A stretch of 62,442 nt of DNA, the filler included. It is 7 parts of 7 records of this genome, joined end to end, with 100 filler letters (N's around TTAATTAATTAA, not from the genome) between each part and the next. Parts side by side here need not be neighbours in the genome. Positions count along the whole stretch, not along the records: positions 47,344 to 54,029 come from SRR20825006_2236; positions 54,130 to 62,442 come from SRR20825006_2238; 5 more parts are not named here. One strand, 5' to 3'. The notes beneath the pieces are model-generated. The model did not search any database. It saw only the letters and a list, made by a program, of their open reading frames with translations, and had not been told where the DNA came from. This document shows, piece after piece, positions 48,533-58,400 of the stretch (its first letter is position 1; every line of letters starts with the position of its first letter). Made by a program: the position numbers and the translations under genes.

Positions 48533-49663
48533 ATGAGTGACAGCATCCGCGCCGATGACGGGGATGGCTCCATATACAGCCGCGAGTACTTCTCCTATGT
48601 GCGCGGCCTTTTCCTCGCCGCATCCGTTATCAGCGCTCTTGAATTATATCTGAATTTTGACTGGTTCCTGGGTGTGCCGCTCTGGCTGCAGGCTGTCCGG
48701 ATTTCATTAACGGCGGTTGTTGTCGGCTATTGGCTGTGCATGCCCCGTTTCGATCCCGTGCCGCGCCATGCCTTCAAGGTCGGTATGCTGTTCTTTCTGC
48801 TCCGGGCCATGACGCTGTCCTATGCGCTGGAGCCGTATAATATCGCCTTCTTCTATACCGTCGCGCTGATTGGCCTGATGACGCTCGTATCCTTCCGGTA
48901 TGAGGTCTGGGCCGTCATGGTGGTCGGTGTGGGGGCGCTTTTGCTTGCGCGGGAGGGGCAATTCCCGGACCGGGCATATTTCGGCCTCGCTCTCGTCACG
49001 GCTTTCGCCGGCTATTTCGGTTTGTCCTTTCTGCGGTTCCGGGCGCGGCTGTTTGGGCTGCTGTCCCTGTTGAAGGACCAGACCAGAACCGACCAGCTGA
49101 CCGGCCTGAATAACCGCCGGGCCCTGCAGAACGACATCGCGGACTGCTTCGAACGCCTTGAAAGGGGAGGCATGGGGTTCAGCCTCCTGCTTCTCGATGT
49201 GGACCATTTCAAGAGGGTCAACGATTTCTACGGGCATGCGGCCGGGGATGCGATCCTGAAGACCCTGGCGGGCGAGATTGGTCAGGATGTCCGGGAGATG
49301 GGACCGGCTAATGTCGATGCAGGGGTCGGAATTGGCACCGTGTACCGGTTTGGCGGGGAGGAATTCGCCGTGATCCTGCCGGGCATGGATATCGATGCAG
49401 CAAGCCACGTGGCGGAGAGACTGCGTGTACGCATCAGCGCGAAACGGTTCGAGGCCACTCCGCTGAAGATGCTCATCCCGGCCGGTGGCGTGACGATTTC
49501 CATCGGTATTGCCGGCGCGGAAAGCGGTGCAGGCTGGATCGAGGTCTATAGTGCGGCCGATCAGGCTCTCTACCGGGCAAAGGATCTTGGGCGGAACCGC
49601 GTCGAGCGCGCAGACCGCCCGAGTCCGCTTCCCGCCAGCCCCGGACTGGCGCTTCGAAGCTAG
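48533..49663 (+). CDS. Membrane-anchored GGDEF diguanylate cyclase
   Basis: N-terminal TM helices; D.LTGL.NRR, DVDHFK.VND.YGH..GD, RFGGEEF. Confidence 0.92.
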   Translation: MSDSIRADDGDGSIYSREYFSYVRGLFLAASVISALELYLNFDWFLGVPLWLQAVRISLTAVVVGYWLCMPRFDPVPRHAFKVGMLFFLLRAMTLSYALEPYNIAFFYTVALIGLMTLVSFRYEVWAVMVVGVGALLLAREGQFPDRAYFGLALVTAFAGYFGLSFLRFRARLFGLLSLLKDQTRTDQLTGLNNRRALQNDIADCFERLERGGMGFSLLLLDVDHFKRVNDFYGHAAGDAILKTLAGEIGQDVREMGPANVDAGVGIGTVYRFGGEEFAVILPGMDIDAASHVAERLRVRISAKRFEATPLKMLIPAGGVTISIGIAGAESGAGWIEVYSAADQALYRAKDLGRNRVERADRPSPLPASPGLALRS

Positions 49664-52387
49664 TCAGTCGGCTTCGCGTTCCTGCATCCGCGTCTGTTTC
49701 ACCGGCAGGGTGATGCGGAAACATGTTCCGATCCGCCGGTCGTCTATCAGGGCGAGCGTGCCGCCCAGCCGCTTCATGATTTCCTTGCTGATGGCAAGCC
49801 CAAGGCCGATTCCGCCGGTCGAGGATTGAGCGGCCCCGCGCTGGAATTTCTCGAAGATGAATGGACGGAGATGGCTTGGTATGCCCGGGCCATTGTCCGA
49901 AATCTCGATCTCGTACTGTTCTTCCGTCAGCTTGCAGGTGACCCGGACTTCGGGTTTTTCCGAGGTGTTGTGCTTGATTGCGTTGGTCAGGATGTTGATG
50001 ACCACTTGTTGCAAGCGATCCGGATCCGCATCGACCAGAGCCGAGGGCAGCGGCTCGTCCAGCAAGATCTCGCTGCCTGTGGATTTCGCCAGCCCGCGGC
50101 ATGATTCGATGGCCCGGATAAGCGGCACCGCGGCATCAAGCTGGTGCAGGTTCCAGGACGTCTCTCCCCGGTCCATCATGTTCATATCCAGGATCTCGTC
50201 CAGCAGCCGGGTCAGGCGCAGGCTTTCCTCGTGAATGATGGAGAGGAAGCGCTGGCTCTGCGGGCTCGACAGGTCGCGGGTTTCCAGCAGGATTTCCGAG
50301 AAAGAGCGGATCGAGGTCATCGGTGTGCGAACCTCGTGACTGACCTGGCTCAGGAAATCGTCCTTCTGGGCATCCAGCAGGGTTAGCCGCTGGTTGGCCC
50401 GGCGGAGCTCACGCGCCGTGGCTTCGAGCTCGAGCGATTTCTTTTCCACCTCCTGGCTGTATTCCATCAGCTGCGCCGTCTCGTCGGCAATCCGCATCAG
50501 CTCGTCGAGGCTGATGGTCTCGCCGCTGACGATGCGGGAGATCATGGCGCGGGCCGAGGCGGCGCCGATTGAACCTGCAAGACGCCGCTCCAGATGCGCG
50601 ATGAAGGCGTCTGTGGGGCGTGGGAAGTCGCCATCCAGTCCCTGGCCCTCGGCGAATTCGCGGAACACGCGCTGGGCCTCGGTGGATCCGAGAATGCGCT
50701 GGGCGAGGATGAACAGATCCTCGGCCGAGGCTGAACGCTGGATGAAGCGGTGTTCATCGCCCGCAGGCGTTTTGAAAACATCGACAAACAGCGTGCCTTG
50801 CAGCCGCTCCAGCGGTTTTGGCTCGAACAGCAGGGAGCCGACGATGAAGAGAATGGTATTGGTGGCAAGACTCCAGAACAGGGCATGGACCAGCGGATCC
50901 TGTCCGTTCAGCCCGAACAGGGCTTGCGGCCGGAACAGGTCGAGACCCCAGGGGCCGTGCTCGATTGTGCTGGCAGAGAGCAGCAGGTCGCCCTCGAAGC
51001 TTGGCAGGAACAGGGTGTAGCCCCAGAGCAGGAAGCCGGCCAGCAGACCCAGTTTCGCACCGCTCGCGGTGCCCCGTTTCCAGTAAATGCCGCCGAGCAG
51101 GGAGGGCAGGAACTGGGCGACACCGGCAAAGGCGATCAGGCCAATGGCGGCCAGCGCGTCCGACTTGCCGCTGAGCCGGAAATAGAGATATCCGAGCAGC
51201 AGGATGAAGCCGATGCTGATGCGCCGGCTGATCAGCAGCAGGCGGCGGACATCGCCGCTGCGTTCGATGGATGTCCAGGGCGTCCGGAGCGCGATCGGCA
51301 TGACGATATGGTTCGAGATCATGGTCGACAGTGCGATGGAGGCGACGATGACCATCGAGGTGGCCGAGGAAAACCCGCCGAGAAACGCCAGAAGCACCAG
51401 AAAATCCTGATCGACGGACATCGGCAGTGTCAGCACGAACATGTCCGGATTGGAGCCCTCCGGCAGTACCGTGAGGCCGCCGATGGCAATTGGCAGCACG
51501 AACAGGCTCATCAGCAGCAGATAGGCCGGGAACAGCCAGGAGGCCATGCGGAGCTGATCCTCGCCGGTATTCTCCACCACGGTGACCTGGAACTGGCGCG
51601 GCAGGCAGACAATCGCGATGGCGGACAGGAAGGTGAGGGCGACCCAGCGGGCGTCGAACATATCCTCGGTCTGCAGGATGCGGGCTGCATCCCGGCTGAA
51701 GACATCCGCAGGTCCGTCTGCCAGGGCAAAGACCACGAACAGCCCGACGGCGACCAGCGCGAAGAGCTTGACCAGTGCTTCCAGCGCGATGGCGGCGACC
51801 ACGCCGTGATGACGTTCGTTCGCGTCGATTGTCCTTGTGCCGAAAATGATGGTGAAGAGCGCCATCCCGGCAGCGATCCAGAACGCCATGTCGATACCCA
51901 GAGCATCGTTCTGCGGGCCTGCGAGGTTGCCTGGATCGGAGGCGACGATGACCTGGATGCTGGTGGTCACGGCCTTCAGTTGCAGGGCGATATAGGGTGT
52001 GGTTCCGATCACCGCGATCAGGGTCACCAGAACGGCAAGGCTGGTGCTCTTGCCATAGCGCGAGGAAATCAGGTCGGCGATCGAGGTGATCCGGTGCATG
52101 TGGCCGATCCGGACCAGCTTGCGCAACAGGAACCACCAGCCGACGAAAACCAGCGTCGGGCCGAGATAGATGGTGGCGAATTCGAGTCCGCTGCGCACCG
52201 CGGACCCGACGGCGCCATAGAAGGTCCAGGAAGTGCAGTAGACCGAGATCGAGAGGGTGTAGACGACCGGCGACTGGATCCAGGAGGCCTTGCCGCTGCG
52301 CGCCTGACGGTCCCCCAGGAACGCGACCATGAAGAGCAGTGCCACATAGGCAAGCGAGGTCAGGAATATCAGGTTCGGGGAAAGCAT
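49664..52387 (-). CDS. SLC5 (sodium:solute symporter)-fused sensor histidine kinase (CrbS/CbrA type)
   Basis: VYCTSWTFYG.VG, PYIALQL, LPRQF; STAC-like GSIGAASAR; H-box SHEVRTP; N and G boxes. Confidence 0.93.
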   Translation of the reverse strand: MLSPNLIFLTSLAYVALLFMVAFLGDRQARSGKASWIQSPVVYTLSISVYCTSWTFYGAVGSAVRSGLEFATIYLGPTLVFVGWWFLLRKLVRIGHMHRITSIADLISSRYGKSTSLAVLVTLIAVIGTTPYIALQLKAVTTSIQVIVASDPGNLAGPQNDALGIDMAFWIAAGMALFTIIFGTRTIDANERHHGVVAAIALEALVKLFALVAVGLFVVFALADGPADVFSRDAARILQTEDMFDARWVALTFLSAIAIVCLPRQFQVTVVENTGEDQLRMASWLFPAYLLLMSLFVLPIAIGGLTVLPEGSNPDMFVLTLPMSVDQDFLVLLAFLGGFSSATSMVIVASIALSTMISNHIVMPIALRTPWTSIERSGDVRRLLLISRRISIGFILLLGYLYFRLSGKSDALAAIGLIAFAGVAQFLPSLLGGIYWKRGTASGAKLGLLAGFLLWGYTLFLPSFEGDLLLSASTIEHGPWGLDLFRPQALFGLNGQDPLVHALFWSLATNTILFIVGSLLFEPKPLERLQGTLFVDVFKTPAGDEHRFIQRSASAEDLFILAQRILGSTEAQRVFREFAEGQGLDGDFPRPTDAFIAHLERRLAGSIGAASARAMISRIVSGETISLDELMRIADETAQLMEYSQEVEKKSLELEATARELRRANQRLTLLDAQKDDFLSQVSHEVRTPMTSIRSFSEILLETRDLSSPQSQRFLSIIHEESLRLTRLLDEILDMNMMDRGETSWNLHQLDAAVPLIRAIESCRGLAKSTGSEILLDEPLPSALVDADPDRLQQVVINILTNAIKHNTSEKPEVRVTCKLTEEQYEIEISDNGPGIPSHLRPFIFEKFQRGAAQSSTGGIGLGLAISKEIMKRLGGTLALIDDRRIGTCFRITLPVKQTRMQEREAD

Positions 52388-52650
52388 CAGCGCCCCGGAG
52401 AGGAAATATCCGCGGGCGCGTTCGCGTGCGGCTCGGGATCATGGAGCCTGCGGGAGAACCAGAAGGCAATCACGGTCAGCGCGGTCCAGAGCCCGAAGAC
52501 ATAGGCGACGATCAGGGGAATACCGAACAGGCTCACCCGGGCCGTGAACAGATCGATCACCGGCGGCAGGAGGAGAAAAAAACCGGCCACCGGCAGCAGG
52601 AAGGCGGCATCGCGGAACTTGGCGGCCGTGCTGGGGGATGCGGGTCGCAT
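52387..52650 (-). CDS. Small membrane protein associated with the SLC5 kinase
   Basis: Two TM helices, GIPLIV.YVF..W; overlaps kinase start. Confidence 0.75.
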   Translation of the reverse strand: MRPASPSTAAKFRDAAFLLPVAGFFLLLPPVIDLFTARVSLFGIPLIVAYVFGLWTALTVIAFWFSRRLHDPEPHANAPADISSPGR

Positions 52651-52653
52651 CGC

Positions 52654-53793
52654 TCAGAGCCCGGCCAGCTTGCGGACCTGATCGACAACATCCTTGTTCG
52701 AAAACGGCTTGGTCACGAAGGCGTTCGCGCCGATCTCCTCCGCCGTCTTGCGATCCTTTTCCTGGCCTTTGGCCGTCAGCACGATGACCGGGAGATCGCG
52801 GGTGCGCGGCGCGGCGCGGAGCTGGCGCAGGATGTCGAAGCCGTTGCGGTGCGGCAGCATGATGTCGAGGATCACCACGTCGGGCAGGGCGCCCTCGTTG
52901 AGTTGCTCCAGGGCAGAGTTTCCGTCGAGCGCACTGGTCACCTCCCATCCTTCGCGTCCAAGCAGGAAGCTCAGGGTTGCCGCCGGCAGGGCCGGCCCGG
53001 CGCTGCCGGGTGCGGATTGTGCTGTCTTGCCGATCTGCTGGAGCAATGTGTGGGCGGCGGCTTCGAATTCCGGGGCGACCGGATCGCACCCGAGACGCGC
53101 GCCGAGTTTGTCCACGGCTTCTTCCAGGGGCGCGAAATAATTCTGGTTCTCCAGAACGAAATCGTCGACTTCCTCCGCCGGTGTCACGGAGCCCTGGCGT
53201 GACGGCGCGCGGTCGAAATACCCGGCCATGGCCTGGGCAACGTCTGACAGTTTTGCGCTTTCCTCCGCGAGGTTGCGATGAAACCGCATCCGCTGCTCTT
53301 CCGGAACGTCATCGACGCTGGCGAGAATTTCCGAGGTCGACCGGATGGCGGCGATGTTGGAGAGCATGCCGTGCACCGCATCGGAAAGGAACGGGTCCTG
53401 ACGCAGACGGTCGGACAGGGCATGCAGGGCCGCGGTCTGGTCCAGCTGTGTCCGGTGCATGTTCACGATCAGCCCCGCCCATGACCGGTGCCGGGCAACG
53501 AGATCGGTTGCGCTTTCGGGATCTGTTTCACTGTCGGTATTGGCCGGATCGGCCGCGATTTCCTCCAGGTCCTGAATTAGCCGCCGCTCCGCCGCACCGT
53601 CCAGATAGTCGATCCCCACATCGAGAGTCTCGGCCAGACGCCGGAGAAGGGCGCCGCCGACCTGCCGTTTGTTGTGCTCGATCAGGTTCAGGTATGACGC
53701 GGAAATGCCGACACCCTGTGCAAGAGCCGCCTGTGTTCTTCCAAGGCTTCGGCGGCGCTCGCGTATTCTCATGCCAATCGGGGCGCGGGCCAT
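52654..53793 (-). CDS. XRE-HTH (ScfR/RamB-like N-terminus) fused to an N-terminally truncated receiver domain
   Basis: GISASYLNLIE.N.R HTH, P.EEV.DF...NYF; then LSFLL.REG..LDIMLP..LTAKG..KPF. Confidence 0.75.
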   Translation of the reverse strand: MARAPIGMRIRERRRSLGRTQAALAQGVGISASYLNLIEHNKRQVGGALLRRLAETLDVGIDYLDGAAERRLIQDLEEIAADPANTDSETDPESATDLVARHRSWAGLIVNMHRTQLDQTAALHALSDRLRQDPFLSDAVHGMLSNIAAIRSTSEILASVDDVPEEQRMRFHRNLAEESAKLSDVAQAMAGYFDRAPSRQGSVTPAEEVDDFVLENQNYFAPLEEAVDKLGARLGCDPVAPEFEAAAHTLLQQIGKTAQSAPGSAGPALPAATLSFLLGREGWEVTSALDGNSALEQLNEGALPDVVILDIMLPHRNGFDILRQLRAAPRTRDLPVIVLTAKGQEKDRKTAEEIGANAFVTKPFSNKDVVDQVRKLAGL

Positions 53794-54029
53794 GTTTCAG
53801 TTCCTTGATTTTGTTCAACTTGCTGCGGCGCAGCGTAAATTATTTACAAACCAATAATTTTTGATGTTTATATTTTTACAAAAAAATCAGCAAATTTCAA
53901 TTACTTATTCGTTTATTGACTAAATGTGCGTACCCTTGTGACTGAGTGCAAAAGACGCTCACCGGGGATTGGGTCTCAGACGCTTTCCAAAAATAACGGC
54001 CAGAAAAATAACGGGAGGAACAAATGGCA

Positions 54030-54129
54030 NNNNNNNNNNNNNNNNNNNNNNNNNNNNNNNNNNNNNNNNNNNNTTAATTAATTAANNNNNNNNNNNNNNN
54101 NNNNNNNNNNNNNNNNNNNNNNNNNNNNN
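54030..54129. other. Artificial contig linker
   Basis: 44 N + TTAATTAATTAA + 44 N. Confidence 0.99.
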
Positions 54130-54130
54130 C

Positions 54131-54316
54131 GGCCACGAAACCCGCCATCAGGAAACCTCGCGCGAGTTGTATGACCTTAGCTGGAAAAAGAAAGTCGATG
54201 CGACGGGTGCGCAAAACATGCTGGTCACCGGCTATTCGTGCCGCTGTCAGGTCAAGCGTTATGAAGGCGCGAAACCGCAGCATCCGGTGGAGTATTTGGC
54301 CAAGCTGGTCAGTTAA
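54131..54316 (+). CDS. FAD/Fe-S oxidoreductase (YdiJ-like) C-terminal fragment; not in the ORF track
   Basis: Hand translation GHETRHQETSRELYDLSW...TGYSCRCQVKR...HPVEYLAKLVS*. Confidence 0.8.
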   Translation, partial: GHETRHQETSRELYDLSWKKKVDATGAQNMLVTGYSCRCQVKRYEGAKPQHPVEYLAKLVS

Positions 54317-54325
54317 GCATGGACC

Positions 54326-54790
54326 CTAAAGCCTTGGGTCAGGATCGAATGACAGTTCGGTCGCATGGGCTGCAACGCTGGCGAACAAAGGATGCCGGGG
54401 ATTTAGCAAATAGTTCTTTTCGCGCGGGACAATGACACTTGTCACCGCAAGTGCCAGACCGGCATTGTGATCAAGCCACGCATCGCCGATTTCGGCGGTT
54501 GATGTCGGGGCGGGATGCGCCTGCCAGTCATCGGGAATCTGATCCTCCGACATATCGGAAATTTGATCGACGGGAAGCCGGACTTCAAACAGGATATAGC
54601 TTGATAGCAGTCGGTAATCATTCAGATGCACCATGACTTCAAGCATCGCAAGCGATTGCGAACCGGCAAGATAGATCGCCGGTTTTCCCCGGCTGTTCCA
54701 GCGCCCGCCATAACGCCGCGCCCCTTCCGCGTCGAATGCCGCGTCTTTCCATTTCCTTTTGAGCAAACGGTAGGCGCGAACCGCCGTCAT
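54326..54790 (-). CDS. RES-domain toxin (NAD+ phosphorylase type)
   Basis: AYRL, EGARRYGGRWNS.G, LA.LE..VH, SVIVP.E.NYLLNP.HP. Confidence 0.92.
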   Translation of the reverse strand: MTAVRAYRLLKRKWKDAAFDAEGARRYGGRWNSRGKPAIYLAGSQSLAMLEVMVHLNDYRLLSSYILFEVRLPVDQISDMSEDQIPDDWQAHPAPTSTAEIGDAWLDHNAGLALAVTSVIVPREKNYLLNPRHPLFASVAAHATELSFDPDPRL

Positions 54791-55236
54791 GCAAAGACGC
54801 CATGTTCCAGCCGCCCGATCAGATCAAGCACCGCATCGGTCCCGGCCGAGGTTGCGATCATTTCCGCCGGACATGCGCCGCCCAGCCCCTGCACGGAGCT
54901 TAACAGCCAATGGCGCGCCTGATCCCGGTCGCCTTCAAACAGATTGGTCGCGGCATGAAGCACTTCGGCAAAGCGATACAGCTTGTCACTTTCATCGACT
55001 TTGAACCGCCCCAGCTTGGCCCGGCGTTGCAAGGTCGCTATCGGGATAACGACATATTTTGCAAGTTCCTTGCGGTCCAGACCGGCGGCAGAAGCCAGCT
55101 TTCCATAGGTCGCATAGGGAATGCCCCGCTGCAATGCTTCATGCAATGCAGGCCCGCGCGCGGGAATACCCACCGCCTTCCAGAAAGCAGCACCGGTGTC
55201 AGAAACGGGTTTGGCTTGTGCGAGACTTGAGGACAT
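54787..55236 (-). CDS. Xre/MbcA/ParS-type antitoxin
   Basis: HTH..TLQRR, ESDKLYR, A..WL....GLGG..P, LIGRLEHGVF; GGAGG RBS before ATG 55236; ATGA overlap with toxin. Confidence 0.92.
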   Translation of the reverse strand: MSSSLAQAKPVSDTGAAFWKAVGIPARGPALHEALQRGIPYATYGKLASAAGLDRKELAKYVVIPIATLQRRAKLGRFKVDESDKLYRFAEVLHAATNLFEGDRDQARHWLLSSVQGLGGACPAEMIATSAGTDAVLDLIGRLEHGVFA

Positions 55237-55253
55237 GACAGCCTCCATCAAAA

Positions 55254-55284
55254 TCAAATGATATCATCTTTATATATCATTTGA
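55254..55284. promoter_or_regulatory. Probable Xre-RES operator
   Basis: Perfect 11-bp inverted repeat TCAAATGATAT-N9-ATATCATTTGA just upstream of the antitoxin. Confidence 0.65.
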
Positions 55285-55347
55285 GTACCGCGACACAAGG
55301 AACTGGATATATTCCGCCGGTCAGGCAAGGAAGAACCCTGCCACACT

Positions 55348-55409
55348 CCGCCATCAGGAAGCATCAAGTGAGCTTTATGATCTGAGTTGGAAAAGAAAGT
55401 CGCTGCGAC
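55348..55409 (+). repeat. Diverged direct-repeat copy of the ydiJ-like tail (54142-54204)
   Basis: Manual alignment gives 51/63 identical positions with a 1-nt deletion. Confidence 0.8.
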
Positions 55410-55497
55410 CATGGCACGCCCAACTTAGAAAAAAGGTGACTGTCCCCTTTTTCCCCGGTCCCCTTTTTCCCCCGCTATTTCAGTAATTCATATTCTT

Positions 55498-58400
55498 CTA
55501 ACGGCGTAATTTTCTAAGCCATTCAAGCGTTTCAATAACAGGAGCATCAGGCTGATCTTCAGGGATCAGAGGAAGTTCATCTAAGTCAAGAACCACAGAT
55601 TCCAAACTGTTTGGTCCAATTTCCCAAGCTTCCATGACATCTATCTTATGCTTTCCTATTGCTAGGTCCAGGAGCGGCTTCGGAGTGGAAGTAAGTGTTG
55701 GCAAATGGGCTGGAATTAGCAAATAACGTCCACAATTTTGAAACTGATTTAGAAACCCATCCAGATTTTGGGTCGTTTGAGGGAACATTCTATTAATTCT
55801 TGAGACTAAACCTACATAATCATCTTTCTCGAACCGGATATTGTCAGGGTTTTGCGAAATCTTAACAGCGTAAGCTGCTGGATTATTTTTAGAAATGCCT
55901 CTTACGATTGTAATATTTAGATCGTCAGTTGTGTCATCATCTCCATATCTTTTCCTCCAAGACTTAAAGATGTCACGCCCCTTTGCAATATTAGCAAAGG
56001 CAATCCCGAGAACCGGCGGCGGCGCATCATCGTCGGGCGACCACATGAATAGTGTCGCGCTCCACTTTGCCTTGTCCCAAGTTTTGGTGTTAATTGGAGA
56101 AATCCACCGTGTCGACGAGTGCTTAGATCGAGCAGACCTCCGCATATCTTCGGAAGCCAAATCGTCTCCCTTTTCGATATCTGAAAACCTTTGAGAAGCG
56201 CTCGAATCTGGGTGAGTATACAGAGGATCAATTCGCTCAACCGCATATGCTAAGTCATCGGAATTGATCCAAGGTGACAATGAGAGATCCGCGTTTTCAC
56301 CATGAATGTGAGCAAGCATCATCGGGATTTGCGAGAAACTAAACGCGCGATCCAATGCACGCTCTTCTTCAAACAATGCTTTTGCCCAACCTTCAATATC
56401 TTGAGGAGCCGCAAACTGAATGAAAATATTAAATACTGCCTCATTCAACCAAGCAGGAAATGAAAGTAAATCATCTCGGTTCTCATACTCCATCGCTGCT
56501 CGGTGTGTAATTTTACCAGTTGGATCTCCGTCCAAATCATAGAATTCAATTACTGGTGTCATCCCACATTCTTCAAAAACTTCCACACGAATCTGCAAGT
56601 GGTCTACGATTGGGAGAATCTTGTGATCAAGACTAGTTGCTAGTAGGGCTTCCAAAGAACCTAAAATCGCCTCACCAATTCCAATCGAAACAAGATTGTT
56701 GTCACACTCCAATGTGACTTTGCACCCAAGAACAACTGATGACAGTGCTACCGTTGCACCAGTACCCAATTCAAATTCGGAGCTATCGCAAGCCACTTCA
56801 CCGAAGTGATAAACTTCCCGCATAAAGTCATCAACAGCTTCAGACGTTTCTTCTGAAGGAATTACCCCCTCCTCCCTCAGAGTTTTTTCATGCCCCATCA
56901 GGTAGAGAAGTGCAGAACGGGCCATGGGCAGAGAAATTCTTTGCAAGCTATCCGGCAACTTCGCGATTGCGTCCAGAGTATCTGGCGGCAAATGTAAAAG
57001 AAGCGATGCGATTTTCATCATATGAGCTTGATGAATTTGCTCAACTCGGCGAGTTTGCGCGTCGTTGCGAGCAAGAAGTGCGAGAACCATCATTTCGAGT
57101 TCATACGCACTTAAAATCTGCGGAAGTCGACCAAGGCGAAACTCAACATCGAAATATCGAGAAAGCGTCATTGGCTGAACAAAGCGGAGCAAACCTGACG
57201 ACGTAAAGCCACGAAATTGGATGCTAAGAGCTGCAAGTGTATAGTTGCGAGAAGCCCAAGGCAAACCAACCTCTTCGAAAGCGACCCCCGCGCCGAGCAA
57301 AGCATCCACAAGGTCATCTTCATTTTCTTCTTTTAGCAGCAAAGCGACGGCTCTACCGAACCACCTGATAGCATCTAAAGGAAGCCCGCGTGTTAGCTTT
57401 TGGTGCCCCCTTTGCACGCTTCTTTTTGCTGCTTCACTCTCACTAATTCTAGTAGCGAGCGCATTCGTAACATTTTCAAACAAAATGTCGAATTCTTCAC
57501 TATCTGCAATAAATTCTCCAATTTGAATCAGTGCTTCGGCAATGCTTGTAAATGGGAAAGTAGCTAGACCGTCAGCGCGATTAATAACATCGGCAAATTG
57601 AATCCAAATATCAGCGAGGGGGTCATTTCGGTGTTCGACCCCTTTTTCTGAAACGCGAGTAAGAAGAAGCAACGCCTCACAATGAAGAGCGTTATTAGGA
57701 CGGTGAGTTTGCAACGAGAGAGCACTTAGAGCATCCTTCAGAACGCTAGTCCGTTCATCCAAGTTGGCTCGCTTCACGTCAAGCAAACCTGTGCGTACAC
57801 TCATTCGAACAAGCGGGAGAAGGTTACTTAGACACTCAAGGTCGTCGGCATCCCCTGATCCGAGAGCAAGCTCTGCGACATCATCATACAGATCAGATGT
57901 GAGTTCGTGATCTTCATGCCAAAAATGCGCGGTCCATGCCCATTCGTATGTAATTACAAGCTCAAGTTTTTTGAAATTGTGCTTCCGTGCAAGTCGGCGC
58001 GCGCGTTCAAATAGTCCGTTAACTTCCTCAATCGGATATTCGAGGCCCCTTGCAAGCAGAGCAACGTGTCGAGTGCCCTCAACAAGCGCCACTGGTTGTC
58101 CTTGGTAATTAGCTCCATTGGAAATTGATGCCTCCAAGGCTTCCATTTCCGCTTTACGAGCTGCATCGCTTGGACCTAAATTTTTTGCAGCCTTTTCAGT
58201 ACCCTTGCCAACACCAAGCTCGTCAACAGCGATATCCATACTGTCATGGTTTAGAACCCGATCTAACAACCAAGTACGGTCCAGAATTGTTACAGGGATA
58301 CCATGCTTCTTCAAAAGCGAGTCCTGAAGCTCTGCAGTTTTCTTTGCTGGTACAAATTGGTTAGTGACAAAGTAGATGTGGTTATAGTCGCGCTCGGTGC

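Noticed and set aside
50750-52504. 584-aa and 571-aa alternative ORFs over the SLC5 kinase
   Set aside because: Arg/Pro/Gly-rich off-frame shadows of a well-supported gene.
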